Shown here one piece after another: positions 46,687 to 57,144 of a stretch of 64,000 bases of DNA (positions within the stretch are counted from its first letter, which is position 1; the number at the start of each line of letters is the position of its first letter). Where the stretch lies: assembly GCA_017645765.1 (NCBI GenBank), contig JAGCNV010000057.1, positions 2,045 through 66,044 of the forward strand, given 5' to 3'. The stretch is from a bacterium. Lineage in GTDB: Bacteria; UBP6; UBA1177. Under the pieces are notes generated by a model, which was given only the letters and a program-made list of their open reading frames with translations, was not told where the DNA came from and ran no database searches. The position numbers and the translations under genes were made by a program.

Positions 46687-47886
46687 ATGCCGAACCTCAA
46701 CGCAATAAAAATCAGCGATTCAGTCTACTGGGTAGGCGCGATCGACTGGAACATCCGCTACTTTCACGGATATTCGACTCTGAAGGGAACGACCTACAAC
46801 GCATTCCTCGTCATGGCGGACAAGATCACCCTCATCGACGGCGTGAAAAAGGGGTTTGAAGACGAACTTCTTGAAAGAGTCGCTTCGGTCGTTGACCCGA
46901 AGAAAATCGAATACATCGTTTCCAACCACGCGGAACCAGATCACAGCGGCGGAATACCGAAAATCGCTGAAATCGTAAAACCTGAGAAGATCTTTGCGTC
47001 AAAAGGCGGAGTCCGTGCTCTCGCGGCTTACTATCCCGAACTTCCGGTCGAAGCAGTTGCGGACGGCAGCGAACTCAGCCTCGGCAACAAAACGCTGAAA
47101 TTCATGGAAACGAAAATGCTCCACTGGCCCGACAGCATGTTCTCGTATCTTGCCGAAGAGGAAGTTCTTTTCAGCCAGGACGCTTTCGGAATGCATCTTG
47201 CCACAAGCGAGCGTTTTGACGACGAACTTCCGTGGTCGCTTCTTGTTGATATGTCGACAGGCTACTATGCGAATATCATTACGCTTTACAGTCCGTTCGT
47301 TCAGAATCTGCTGAAGAAAGTGGCTGCAAGCGGCCTTACTTTCAAAGTTGTCGCACCGGACCACGGCCCGGTTTGGAGAAATATGGATAACTTCGCGGAA
47401 ATGCTGAAGTATTACGACAAATGGTCTGCGAGAAAAACCGACAAAAAAGCGGTCATCGTCTATGATTCGATGTGGCACTCGACAGAAAAAATGGCGCGCT
47501 GCATCGAAGACGGCCTTGTATCTCAGGGAATCAAGGTGAAATCGCTGTTTTTGCAGTCATGCGACAGAAGCGAAGTTGCTACCGAAATGCTTGACGCATC
47601 GGCAGTGATCGCGGGCGCTCCAACGATCAACAACGAGATCTTCCCGTCGATGGCGGATGTTATGTGCTATCTCAAAGGGCTCAAGTTCAAAACGCCTTTT
47701 GGTGCGGCATTCGGCTCTTACGGCTGGAGCGGCGAAAGCGTGAAATACCTTTCCCAAATGCTGGCTGACATGGGCTGCGAAGTTATAGGAAGCGTAAAAT
47801 CGCTTTATGTTCCAAGTGAAGAAGTAAAAAAACAGTGCTTCGAACTCGGTAAAGAGATCGGAGAAAAGATCAACAATAAAAACTAG
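46687..47886 (+). CDS. fprA: flavodiiron protein (FprA family)
   Basis: GTTYNAFL; HAEPDHSG; LHWPD; APDHG; flavodoxin domain FGSYGWSGE. Confidence 0.95.
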   Translation: MPNLNAIKISDSVYWVGAIDWNIRYFHGYSTLKGTTYNAFLVMADKITLIDGVKKGFEDELLERVASVVDPKKIEYIVSNHAEPDHSGGIPKIAEIVKPEKIFASKGGVRALAAYYPELPVEAVADGSELSLGNKTLKFMETKMLHWPDSMFSYLAEEEVLFSQDAFGMHLATSERFDDELPWSLLVDMSTGYYANIITLYSPFVQNLLKKVAASGLTFKVVAPDHGPVWRNMDNFAEMLKYYDKWSARKTDKKAVIVYDSMWHSTEKMARCIEDGLVSQGIKVKSLFLQSCDRSEVATEMLDASAVIAGAPTINNEIFPSMADVMCYLKGLKFKTPFGAAFGSYGWSGESVKYLSQMLADMGCEVIGSVKSLYVPSEEVKKQCFELGKEIGEKINNKN

Positions 47887-47895
47887 GAGGAAACT

Positions 47896-48054
47896 ATGGA
47901 CAAGTATGTATGCGGAATCTGCGGTTATGTTTACGACCCCGAAAAAGGCGATCCAGACGGCGGAATCGCTCCCGGAACCCCTTTTGAAGCTATTTCTGAA
48001 GACTGGGTATGCCCGGTTTGCGGAGTAAGCAAGGACAATTTCTCGAAAGCATAG
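47896..48054 (+). CDS. rubredoxin (not in the supplied ORF track)
   Basis: GGAGG RBS; [52 protein letters not shown]. Confidence 0.96.
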   Translation: MDKYVCGICGYVYDPEKGDPDGGIAPGTPFEAISEDWVCPVCGVSKDNFSKA

Positions 48055-48063
48055 TCTTTAAAA

Positions 48064-48939
48064 ATGCCTTTCAATCCCGAAGATTCTTTTTTTATTATCC
48101 TCAACAAACAAAAAGGCTTTTCTTCTAACGGCGAGCTTAACTTCCTGAAAAGACTGCTGAAAATCAAAAAAGCAGGTTTCTGCGGGACACTCGACCCATT
48201 GGCTAGCGGAGTTCTTGTAGTCGCGGTCAACAAAGCGACGAAACTCATTTCTTTAGCAACTGATTTTGACAAAGTTTATTCAGGAAAGATAAAGCTCGGT
48301 TTCACCAGCGACAGCCTTGATCTGGGAACGGAACTTACCAAATCCGGCACCGTTCCGCAAAATATCGACTGCGCCGGGATCGAGAAAAAATTCCAAGGAG
48401 TCATCTCTCAGATCCCGCCGGTCTACAGCGCGCTGAAAATCGACGGTGAAAGGGCCTACAGACTTGCCCGTAACGGCAAAACTCCCGAAATGAAGGCGAG
48501 AAATGTCGAAATAAAGTCGCTTGAGATAAGACGAACCGCTTCAGATGAGCTTTCGTTTTTTGTAAGATGCTCGAAAGGAACATACATCCGCACGCTTGCA
48601 GGTGACATCGGAGAATTTTTAGGCTGCGGAGCAGTTTTAACGGAACTAATCCGGCGCGAAGTCGGTCCGTTTAAACTTGAAAACGCCGTTTCGATGGAGG
48701 AGCTCAAGAAAGATCCCGAAAATGTCTGCAAAGCAATCCTTTCAGTCCCCGAATTTCTGTCAGGCAAAAACACCTGCGCAGTTAATGAAGAAGGATTCAA
48801 CTATCTCAAAAATGGCAACGAAATCAGCAAGTTGGATCTTGATTTGGAAGAAGGGCTTAACCTTCTTAAATTCAACGGAAAAGTTTTTCTCATAGTTGAA
48901 AAAACAGGGGAAAAAGTCTCTTATTTCGCGTTTGTGTGA
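48064..48939 (+). CDS. truB: tRNA pseudouridine(55) synthase
   Basis: KAGFCGTLDPLASGVL; QIPPVYSALKIDG; CSKGTYIRTL. Confidence 0.95.
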   Translation: MPFNPEDSFFIILNKQKGFSSNGELNFLKRLLKIKKAGFCGTLDPLASGVLVVAVNKATKLISLATDFDKVYSGKIKLGFTSDSLDLGTELTKSGTVPQNIDCAGIEKKFQGVISQIPPVYSALKIDGERAYRLARNGKTPEMKARNVEIKSLEIRRTASDELSFFVRCSKGTYIRTLAGDIGEFLGCGAVLTELIRREVGPFKLENAVSMEELKKDPENVCKAILSVPEFLSGKNTCAVNEEGFNYLKNGNEISKLDLDLEEGLNLLKFNGKVFLIVEKTGEKVSYFAFV

Positions 48940-48948
48940 GTTTTTATT

Positions 48949-49734
48949 TTAAGCAAGAGTTTTATAGATTTCCACGAACTTGTCGCTTCTTTTGATGACT
49001 GAAATTTTGTCGAGCGAGCATGAAACAAGTCCTTCAAGACCGCATCCGCCATCTTTTGTCTGAATCTGGTCAAGGTATTCTTCGCTTGAAACCGTGACAG
49101 CGTCACTGTAGACGATCCCACCTTTGAGAAAGTTGATGTCACCGTAAAATTCGAGTTTTTCGGGAACGAAAACTTCGCGTCCGAGGTTCAGAAGTCCGAA
49201 ATCATAAGACCAGAATTTGCCTTGGAAACGGATGTCGTGAAGCGAAAAAACGGTTTTTACATTTCTTAAATTATCGTCTTGTCCGTAGATTTCACGAAGA
49301 TAAACCGGAACAAGCGCCGTGTGCCAGTCGTTGCAGTGGATAACGTCCGGACGGAAGATTTTAGCGTATTCGAGAACCGCTCTCGAAAAGAATATGAAAC
49401 GCTCCGAATTGTCTGGATAGTCGCCGGTTTCGTTACCGTACAAGCCGTCTCTTTCAAAGTAGGGATTCGATACAAAAACGACTTTTGCGCCGCTTTCTTC
49501 GTGAAATGCCTCGAAAATTTCGGCTTTTTCGTATTTTTCGCCGACCTTGACATCGAATGAAACACCGGTCGGAGTTATATCGAATTTTTTCCTGTTGATC
49601 GCACTGAAAAACGGAACTATGCACTCCGTCTCGCACTTTTTAGAAACCGATTTCAACATTTTAAGAACGGCCGCAGCCATATTTCCGGTGGAAACAAAAG
49701 GCTTCAGTTCCGATGCAGCAAACAAAATTTTCAT
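48949..49734 (-). CDS. glycogen synthase N-terminal (GT5) domain only
   Basis: MKILFAASE..PF; DNSERF; PDVIHCNDWHT; FQG; INFLKGGI; TVS..Y; the C-terminal domain is absent. Confidence 0.8.
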   Translation of the reverse strand: MKILFAASELKPFVSTGNMAAAVLKMLKSVSKKCETECIVPFFSAINRKKFDITPTGVSFDVKVGEKYEKAEIFEAFHEESGAKVVFVSNPYFERDGLYGNETGDYPDNSERFIFFSRAVLEYAKIFRPDVIHCNDWHTALVPVYLREIYGQDDNLRNVKTVFSLHDIRFQGKFWSYDFGLLNLGREVFVPEKLEFYGDINFLKGGIVYSDAVTVSSEEYLDQIQTKDGGCGLEGLVSCSLDKISVIKRSDKFVEIYKTLA

Positions 49735-49741
49735 AATTTAC

Positions 49742-51016
49742 CTACAGTCTTATAAAATCTTCGTTGTTCATGTATTTTTTGAGAACTTCCGGCACTTTGA
49801 CCGTTCCGTCAGCCTGCTGGTAATTTTCGATTATAGCGACAAGCGTTCTGTCGATAGCAAGCCCCGAACCGTTGAGAAGATGAACGAGTTCCGGTTTCGA
49901 CGAAGCATCTCTTCTGAACTTGATGTTCGCCCTTCTCGCCTGGAAATCGCCGGTGCTCGAGCAGCTTGAAATCTCGCGGTAAGTCCCCTGTCCCGGCAGC
50001 CATACTTCGATGTCGAAAGTTTTGACTGCGTTGAAACCCAAGTCTCCGCTGCAGAGGCAGACGACGCGGTAGTGGATTCCGAGACCGCGGAGGATCTCTT
50101 CTGCGTTGAAAAGAAGCTGGTCAAGTTCTTTAAGCGACTCTTCGGGACGGCAGAATTTGACAAGTTCGACCTTGTTGAACTGGTGAAGACGGATAATTCC
50201 CTTCATGTCTTTGCCGTAACTTCCCGCTTCGCGCCTGAAACACGGAGTGTATGCCGCATATTTGAGCGGAAGAAGAGCATCGTCCAGAATCTCGTCGCGG
50301 TGCATGTTGACGAGGCTGACTTCAGCCGTCGGGATCATGAACATGTCGTCAGTCGTCTTGTAGGCATCATCTTCGAATTTCGGAAGCTGACCTGATCCGG
50401 TCATCGTCTCGCGGCTGACCATAACCGGCGGAACGATCTCGGTGTAGCCGTTTTTCGCAGCGTTTTCAAGCATATAGTTCATAACGGCTCTTTCAAGGCG
50501 TGCCATTTCCTTCTTGTAGATTATGAAGCGCGAACCGCTGAGTTTTACGCCGCGCTCGAAGTCGATCGTGTTCGTTGCGATGTCGAAATGTTCTTTCGGC
50601 TGGAAATCGAAAACAGGCTTTTCGCCCCACATCGAAACGACCGGATTTGCGCTGTCGTCCTTGCCGAGCGGCGTGTCGTCAGCCATCATGTTGGGAATCG
50701 AAAGAAGAATGGAGTCGATCTTATCCTCGACTTCCTTAACCAGCGGACCGAAAGCTTTGACTTTGTCGCTGAGCTCCTTAAGCTCGTCCTTGATTGCCGC
50801 TTTCTCCTCAGGAGTGCCGTTTTTCATCACGAGCGGCATCTCTTTCGAACGGGTCATCTGTTTCGCGCGGGTCTGCTCCGATTCGGTGATAAGAGCTTTT
50901 CTCTTCTCGCTGAGTTCGATAACCTGGTCAACGACCGTGAGATCCTTGAAATTACGGTTTTGAAGATTGAATTTAACCTTTTCAGGGTCTTTAAGTATCA
51001 GTTTGATGTCAAACAT
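49742..51016 (-). CDS. serS: serine--tRNA ligase
   Basis: GQLPKF; PTAEV; FRREAGS; RLHQF.KVE; REISSCS; LNGSGLA. Confidence 0.98.
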   Translation of the reverse strand: MFDIKLILKDPEKVKFNLQNRNFKDLTVVDQVIELSEKRKALITESEQTRAKQMTRSKEMPLVMKNGTPEEKAAIKDELKELSDKVKAFGPLVKEVEDKIDSILLSIPNMMADDTPLGKDDSANPVVSMWGEKPVFDFQPKEHFDIATNTIDFERGVKLSGSRFIIYKKEMARLERAVMNYMLENAAKNGYTEIVPPVMVSRETMTGSGQLPKFEDDAYKTTDDMFMIPTAEVSLVNMHRDEILDDALLPLKYAAYTPCFRREAGSYGKDMKGIIRLHQFNKVELVKFCRPEESLKELDQLLFNAEEILRGLGIHYRVVCLCSGDLGFNAVKTFDIEVWLPGQGTYREISSCSSTGDFQARRANIKFRRDASSKPELVHLLNGSGLAIDRTLVAIIENYQQADGTVKVPEVLKKYMNNEDFIRL

Positions 51017-51105
51017 TTTTCACCTCTTATTATAAAAAAACCGCGTCATAATAGGCATAAAGGGTTCGTTTGCAAGTTTTTTGCACCTTGCGGACTTTCC
51101 ATTGT

Positions 51106-52422
51106 TCACCTTATAATATCTGCAATAAAATCAGTACCTTCCCTTGAAGTTATCCTGCATTTAAGGATGCTTCCCTCTTTTTCGCCTTCAAGGTTCGTAA
51201 TTATCGTGATTCCGTCAATTTCAGGCGCCTGGTTCCAGCATCTGCCGACCGGAACTTTGAGTTCGGGGTCAATCCCTTCGTAAAGCACTTCGCACTCTTT
51301 GCCGACGAACCTTTCGAGGCGTTTTTCCATGCACTCGTGAGTCGCTTTTTCGATTTCGGCAAACCTTGCATCGGCCGTTTTTGAAGCGACAGCGCGCATT
51401 TTGAACGATGCCGAAGACTCCTCTTTCGAATATTTGAATGCGCCGATATAGTCGAAAAACCCTTTTTCGATGAAGGCTTTCAGCAGTTCGTGATCCTCTT
51501 TTTTCTCTGCCGGGAAAGATGAAATCACGGTCGTTCTGAGAAGATAATTTTCGCCGAAAACATCTTTTATCATATCAATCAGGCTGTAAATATCCTGCTC
51601 GCCGTAGCGCCTGTTCATCGCCTTTAAAACTGTACTTGAAATATGCTGGATAGGCACTTCGAGATAGTTGTGCATTTTTTCGGAATCCCTGATAGCTTCA
51701 AGCAGTTCTCTGTCAATTCCGGACGGATAGAGATACATCACGCGGAATCTGAAACCGCCTTTCAGAGCGTTGAGCGCGCGTATAAGTTTTTTAAGCGACG
51801 AATTGGTTTTCGAGCCGTACTGCGTCGTGTCCTGTGCAATTACAACGATCTCTTTAACACCGGTCTTTATCAGGTTTTCGGCTTCGGCGACGATGTCTTT
51901 CAGCGGACGTTCGCGGTATCTTCCGCGGATATGCGGGATCGAGCAGTAAGCACAGAAGTTGTCGCACCCGTCGGCGATTTTGAGATAAGCCGTCCAGGGA
52001 GAATAAGTAAGGACACGTCCCATCGCGGAGGAATAAAGGAATTCTGACTTTCCGCCTTTTCCTCTGTAGCCTTCGTTCCAGTGCGCAGATACGATTTTTT
52101 CTATATTCGGAATGTCGTTCACGCTGAAAATGAAATCGGCTTCCGGAAGCATCTCTCCCAGATTCGGATAAAGCTGCGGCAGACAGCCCATGACAGCGAT
52201 TTTAGCCCCTTTTTTGAGACCGCCGTGAAGTTCGAAAAAAGAGTTGACCGACTCTTCGCGGGCGTCGTTTATAAAACTGCATGTGTTGAGAATCACCAGG
52301 TCGGCCTTGCCCGAATTTTCGGCAATCCCCCATCCTTTATCGAGAAACTGAGCTATAACGACTTCGGAATCGACCCTGTTTTTCGGGCATCCTAGCGAGC
52401 AGCAGAACAACATTTTTTTCAT
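51106..52422 (-). CDS. rimO: ribosomal protein S12 methylthiotransferase
   Basis: SLGCPKNRVDSE; NTCSFI..A..ES; C...C..C radical SAM motif; YLYP; APEIDG. Confidence 0.93.
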   Translation of the reverse strand: MKKMLFCCSLGCPKNRVDSEVVIAQFLDKGWGIAENSGKADLVILNTCSFINDAREESVNSFFELHGGLKKGAKIAVMGCLPQLYPNLGEMLPEADFIFSVNDIPNIEKIVSAHWNEGYRGKGGKSEFLYSSAMGRVLTYSPWTAYLKIADGCDNFCAYCSIPHIRGRYRERPLKDIVAEAENLIKTGVKEIVVIAQDTTQYGSKTNSSLKKLIRALNALKGGFRFRVMYLYPSGIDRELLEAIRDSEKMHNYLEVPIQHISSTVLKAMNRRYGEQDIYSLIDMIKDVFGENYLLRTTVISSFPAEKKEDHELLKAFIEKGFFDYIGAFKYSKEESSASFKMRAVASKTADARFAEIEKATHECMEKRLERFVGKECEVLYEGIDPELKVPVGRCWNQAPEIDGITIITNLEGEKEGSILKCRITSREGTDFIADIIR

Positions 52423-52449
52423 AAATCTCTCCAATGAAAAAACAAGGCT

Positions 52450-53208
52450 TTATAACACGCCGGTGTGTTTGAGAAGTTTATAAGTATTGAGAATAACTAC
52501 GAGGACTCCGACCATTCCAAGCATGAGCTTGACCGGGATCTTTTTGCAGAGATATGCGCCGAGAGGTGCCGCGATCATTCCGCCGATGATAAGGCCGACA
52601 ATGATCTCGGTGTAGTTTTTGAAGTCTCCTATCATCGCGACGAAGGTTGTCGTTTCGGCAATCGTTACGAAAAACTCAGCCGTGTTGACTGTGCCGATCG
52701 TTCTCGGAACATCGTGGCCAGAGGCTAAAAGCGTGCTTGTTACGACAGGGCCCCAGCCGCCGCCGCCCATAGCATCCGTGAAACCGCCGACGAAACCGAG
52801 CGGGATAGTGTAGTTGCCGTATTCACGCGGTTTGCCGAGCTTCCTGAATATTTTTGAAAAAATAAATACGCCCATAACGAGAAGATAGATGTCGATAACG
52901 ATATCAAGTTCGCGGCTTTCAAAGTTGACAAGGAGATACGCGCCGACAACTCCGCCTAAAATTCCGGTGAAAAGAAGGCGGAAAAAAAGCCCTTTGTGGA
53001 CGTTTTTCATTTTAAGGTGAGAAAGTCCCGAAACGAGAGTGGTGAAAATCTCCGAAACGTGGACACATGCGCTTGAGATCGCGCTCGGAACACCCGCAGT
53101 CCTCAAAAAAGTGTTAGAACTTACGCCGTAACCCATACCGAGCGAACCGTCGATCATTTCCGCGGCAAAACCAAGAAGAATGTATATTACAATTTGAGCA
53201 GAGAACAT
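52450..53208 (-). CDS. TauE/SafE family sulfite exporter-like protein
   Basis: DGSLGMGYG; GGGGWGP; GTVNTAEF; multiple TMs. Confidence 0.9.
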   Translation of the reverse strand: MFSAQIVIYILLGFAAEMIDGSLGMGYGVSSNTFLRTAGVPSAISSACVHVSEIFTTLVSGLSHLKMKNVHKGLFFRLLFTGILGGVVGAYLLVNFESRELDIVIDIYLLVMGVFIFSKIFRKLGKPREYGNYTIPLGFVGGFTDAMGGGGWGPVVTSTLLASGHDVPRTIGTVNTAEFFVTIAETTTFVAMIGDFKNYTEIIVGLIIGGMIAAPLGAYLCKKIPVKLMLGMVGVLVVILNTYKLLKHTGVL

Positions 53209-53223
53209 TTAAACTCCTAAAAA

Positions 53224-54867
53224 CTATGCTTTTTTAGCTGAACCGATCTTTTTGCAGCCTTCTATGATCATAAGAACTGCAAGAACGACAAGGACAACAG
53301 CAACCGAACCGAGGAAATAGTTCGGAGCAGCTACAAAATATTTCCAGATCATCCAGCAGAGTGCGAAAATCGTCATGGCAAGCATGAAAACCGTCGCCCA
53401 GAGCGTATATCTGATAGGTTTGTTCTTCGAATAAAGGTAAGCGGTGAGTATTATGAAAACAAGTGCCGCAACAAGCTGGTTTGCCGCGCCGAAAAGAGGC
53501 CATACGCTTGCCCACGAATCGGTAATGCCGAGCAGGAATGCCGGAATTATCGCGACTACCGTGTAGAAATACTTGTTCTGAAGTTTTGCGGGAAGTTTGT
53601 CGCCTACCATTTCGTTCGTGAGGAATCTCGCAAGTCTGACGCTTGTGTCGAGAGTCGTCATGATGAAGACGTTGACGATCGAGACACCGATGACAGGACC
53701 GACTTCACTGTTGAAAATAAAGGATGTAAGTCTGCCGAAACCTTTTCCGTAAACAGTGAGCGGACCGCCTGATTTAAAAATATTCTGAAGCTGGCCGTCT
53801 CCGGTTCCCCATGTCAGAGCAGCGCCTGCGATGATGACGCAGACTATGCCGATGATAGTTTCCATGAGCATTCCGCCGAAGCCTACGAACATTGCGTCTT
53901 TCTCTTTGTCAAGCTGTTTGGAAGTCGTTCCCGAAGCGATGATGCTGTGGAAACCGGAAACAGCGCCGCATGCAATGATTATGAAAAGGAATGGAACGAG
54001 CGGTCCCTGAGCTGAATCTTTGAAAGTTTCTTCAATAATAAAAGGAGCGTTCATGTCGGGATGAACTACAATAATCCCGATAAACGCCAGTGTTATGCCG
54101 ATGATGAGGACCCAGCTTGAAATGTAGTCGCGCGGCTGGAGAAGGATCCAGACCGGTGTTACCGAAGCAACGACTCCGTAGATCATGAGAAGCGTGAACC
54201 AGATCTGATAAGCGGTCTTTTCCGTGCCGACCGTAATCGGGAACTTGAAGCCGAGCCAGATAAGGAAAATCAGTCCGGCGATCGCGATTATCGTGTTTGC
54301 CCAGAGAGGCAGCCATCTGTTTTTACTGATGACACCGAAAAGCATTGCAAGAGGAATGAGCGCGAAAGTCGGGATCACAAGTTCAGCTTTTTTGATAAGC
54401 GCTACTGTCGCCATATTGGCGAAGACCGAGATTACAAGGATGATCGTGAGCCAGACAAAAACCAGAAAGAGGAATTTTGCCCGCTTTGAAACATATTTTT
54501 CCGCATTATCGGGAATGCTGACTCCCTGATGGCGTACTGAGATCATAAGAGAAAGATAGTCGTGGACCGCGCCGATGAAAACACCTGCGACAAGCAGCCA
54601 TATCGCGGCAGGACCCCATCCGAAGAATACTACAGCCGTGATCGGGCCTACGATCGGACCTGCGCCTGCGATCGACGAGAAGTGATGTCCGAAAAGGACT
54701 ATCGAAGGAGCGGGATAGAAATCGACGTTATCCTTCAGAGCGTGCGAAGGAGTCGGATTTTCGTCGACCGGGTCGATAAGTTTCTTTTTAATTACGTTGT
54801 TGCCGTACCAGAAGTAGGCGACGATGACCCACAAAAGCGAAAAAACAAGAATGTAGATACTGTTCAT
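53224..54867 (-). CDS. cstA: carbon starvation protein A family transporter
   Basis: GHHFSSIAGAGPIVGP; GAVHDY; LLQPRDY; IACGAVSGFH; TTLDT..RL; WPLFGAANQL. Confidence 0.95.
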   Translation of the reverse strand: MNSIYILVFSLLWVIVAYFWYGNNVIKKKLIDPVDENPTPSHALKDNVDFYPAPSIVLFGHHFSSIAGAGPIVGPITAVVFFGWGPAAIWLLVAGVFIGAVHDYLSLMISVRHQGVSIPDNAEKYVSKRAKFLFLVFVWLTIILVISVFANMATVALIKKAELVIPTFALIPLAMLFGVISKNRWLPLWANTIIAIAGLIFLIWLGFKFPITVGTEKTAYQIWFTLLMIYGVVASVTPVWILLQPRDYISSWVLIIGITLAFIGIIVVHPDMNAPFIIEETFKDSAQGPLVPFLFIIIACGAVSGFHSIIASGTTSKQLDKEKDAMFVGFGGMLMETIIGIVCVIIAGAALTWGTGDGQLQNIFKSGGPLTVYGKGFGRLTSFIFNSEVGPVIGVSIVNVFIMTTLDTSVRLARFLTNEMVGDKLPAKLQNKYFYTVVAIIPAFLLGITDSWASVWPLFGAANQLVAALVFIILTAYLYSKNKPIRYTLWATVFMLAMTIFALCWMIWKYFVAAPNYFLGSVAVVLVVLAVLMIIEGCKKIGSAKKA

Positions 54868-54939
54868 TTTTCACCTCGAAAAATAAAAAAACCGGAGAAT
54901 TTTAATGAGAAGCCGAAAAAAAACAAGGTCTTGTCGTGA

Positions 54940-55017
54940 CGTTCTTGTCAACGCCGCCAAACTTTTGTCGATACTTCGATATTTCGGCATTTCGATATTT
55001 CGAAAGGCGGCGAATCG
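54940..55017. repeat. dispersed palindromic element (copy B) with internal 8-nt tandem units
   Basis: cgccgcc...ggcggcg arms enclosing gtcgatac ttcgatat ttcggcat ttcgatat ttcgaaag. Confidence 0.65.
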
Positions 55018-55020
55018 TTA

Positions 55021-56673
55021 TTATCGATCAGAACCGTTATTTCGATTTGCCTTTTTTCCCGTCTTTTTCTCTGTTCTCCCCAGCCTGTCGAGCAGAAAAA
55101 GCCCGAAAGTGATGTAAACGAGCCAGATGAACCAGTTCCCGAATTTCTGGTAGACAGTATCGATTTTGTAAACCGGAACATTGCGGTTGATCGTGGTTCT
55201 TTCGAGGAATCTCGTTGCATTTTCGATCGTTCCGTCGGGAAGAAGAATTTCGCTGATCCCGACATTCGCGCTGCGGACGATCGTTCTGCCGGTTTCGACC
55301 GCACGGAAAGGATAAAACATGCCGTGCTGGAATGTTTCACTCGAATCGCCGAACCATGCATCGTTGCTGATGTTGACTAAGATTTCAGCTCCGTTGTCGA
55401 CAAAACCGGCGACGTTTTCGCTGAAAGTTCCGTCGTAGCAGATAAGGATCGATGCCTTAAAATCGCCGTAATCGTAGACCGTGTGTTCTGTTCCGCGGAC
55501 GAAATCGCCCGAAAATTCTGGAACGAGTATCGAAAGTCCGAGCGATCGAAGAACATTGCTGTAAGGAAGATATTCACCGAACGGAGCAAGTTTGATTTTT
55601 TTATAAATTTCGCGGATTCTGCCGTCCTGAACAAACCCTGCCGCATTGTAGTAACTCATATCAGTCTTGTCTACCATATCCAAACCGACGATCTGCTTCG
55701 GAAAGTTGTATGCCCGCGTAAAATAGCGCTCCATTACATAGTCGAAATTGTCGAAACCTATCGGGATTCTGAGGGGCATCGCCGCTTCATACCAGACAAC
55801 AAGGTCGGTGTCGCGGTCAAAACTGTTGAGCTGGTCTATAAAAACGCTGAGCATTTCAAACACAGTTTCTTCTTTCGCGTTGATGTCATACTGATTTATC
55901 GCAGGCTGCATCAGCGCGACTTTTATCTCTTTTTCTGGAAGAGTTGACTTGAAGGAAATCAGTTTGTAAGCCGAATATGAAAAAAGAAGCGTCAGCACAA
56001 CCGCAAGAACAATCCCCTCTTTTTTATTCTGTTTTCTGAAAATCACAGTGTAGGCGTAAAGCGAGATCCATGCGATCATGAACGAAATTATGTAGACGGA
56101 ACCAAGCGAAGCCCACTGAAGAATGACTTTGTTCAAATACTGCGAGTGTCCGAGCGCCGCCCAGAAGAAATCAACCGGAAAAAAGGTGCGCAGAAATTCG
56201 ACCGCAGTCCATAAAACCGCAATGAACCACGGCTTGAGAGGAAGCGGAGAACCGTCTTCTGCTGTTATTGCAGCACCGAAAGTGCCGGAATTTGCCGGTT
56301 TTTTGGCGAAAAAGCGGCAGAGAACAAAAAATAAAAGCCAGTAAGTGCCGAGGATCATGAACATTAAAATCAGAGCAAGAATGCCTTCGACCACACCAAG
56401 ACCACCGTAAATATGAAGGGAATAGAATATCCAGTAAAAAACGAAGGCATTCGCAGGCATCGTAATCAGATATATCGCGAGCACCTTCTTTTTGAATGTC
56501 GGACAGCTGTTCAAAACATGGAAAAACAGCGGCATAACAGGAAAAATCAGAACCCAGCCCATCAGCTGATGCAGAAAAACCGGTTCACTGCTGCCTGGAA
56601 TAACGAACGGAAAACTGAGTGCAAAACAGAAAATGAAGAAAAAAGCTGCGGCAAAAATCTTTATTTTAGGCAT
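55021..56673 (-). CDS. lnt: apolipoprotein N-acyltransferase
   Basis: TM N-terminus; VWYEAA; YKK.KL.PFGEY.P; ICYD; NDAWFG; RAVE. Confidence 0.93.
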   Translation of the reverse strand: MPKIKIFAAAFFFIFCFALSFPFVIPGSSEPVFLHQLMGWVLIFPVMPLFFHVLNSCPTFKKKVLAIYLITMPANAFVFYWIFYSLHIYGGLGVVEGILALILMFMILGTYWLLFFVLCRFFAKKPANSGTFGAAITAEDGSPLPLKPWFIAVLWTAVEFLRTFFPVDFFWAALGHSQYLNKVILQWASLGSVYIISFMIAWISLYAYTVIFRKQNKKEGIVLAVVLTLLFSYSAYKLISFKSTLPEKEIKVALMQPAINQYDINAKEETVFEMLSVFIDQLNSFDRDTDLVVWYEAAMPLRIPIGFDNFDYVMERYFTRAYNFPKQIVGLDMVDKTDMSYYNAAGFVQDGRIREIYKKIKLAPFGEYLPYSNVLRSLGLSILVPEFSGDFVRGTEHTVYDYGDFKASILICYDGTFSENVAGFVDNGAEILVNISNDAWFGDSSETFQHGMFYPFRAVETGRTIVRSANVGISEILLPDGTIENATRFLERTTINRNVPVYKIDTVYQKFGNWFIWLVYITFGLFLLDRLGRTEKKTGKKANRNNGSDR

Positions 56674-57144
56674 TTACTCTTCGCCGCGCCCTTTCCACTG
56701 AGGAAAAATCTGCTTCATAACCACGATCTCGGCTTCACGCATCTTTGCGCGCTCGGCTGCTTTGTGATGATCAAAACCCAAAAGGTGAAGAATGCCGTGA
56801 ACGACCATGAAAATCATTTCTTCTTCAAAAGTCGTTCCGTATTTTTCGGCATGATTTGCGACAACATCGGTGCAAATGAAGATATCACCGAGAAGATAAG
56901 GGGCGTATTCGGCACCCTCGCCTTCCGCAAAAGCGAAGGAAATAACGTCTGTAGTCCGGTCTATATGCCTGTAATTGTTATTTATGTCCCTTATACCGGC
57001 TTCATCTGTAAAAATCACCGAAACTTCATAAGGATCAGTCGTTTTCAGATTTTTATATTTCAGCGCCGCACGTACCGCCTTGCGCATACCGGCTTTCAAA
57101 CCGCCCGGCGCATAGTCGCATTCCGAAAAAAACGCTATTTTCAT
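56674..57144 (-). CDS. ybeY: rRNA maturation RNase YbeY
   Basis: TDVISF; LGDIFI; HGILHLLGFDH. Confidence 0.96.
   Translation of the reverse strand: MKIAFFSECDYAPGGLKAGMRKAVRAALKYKNLKTTDPYEVSVIFTDEAGIRDINNNYRHIDRTTDVISFAFAEGEGAEYAPYLLGDIFICTDVVANHAEKYGTTFEEEMIFMVVHGILHLLGFDHHKAAERAKMREAEIVVMKQIFPQWKGRGEE

Noticed and set aside
45707-48054. Oxidative-stress cluster as a novel system
   Set aside because: Rubrerythrin, desulfoferrodoxin, FprA and rubredoxin clusters are well known in anaerobes.
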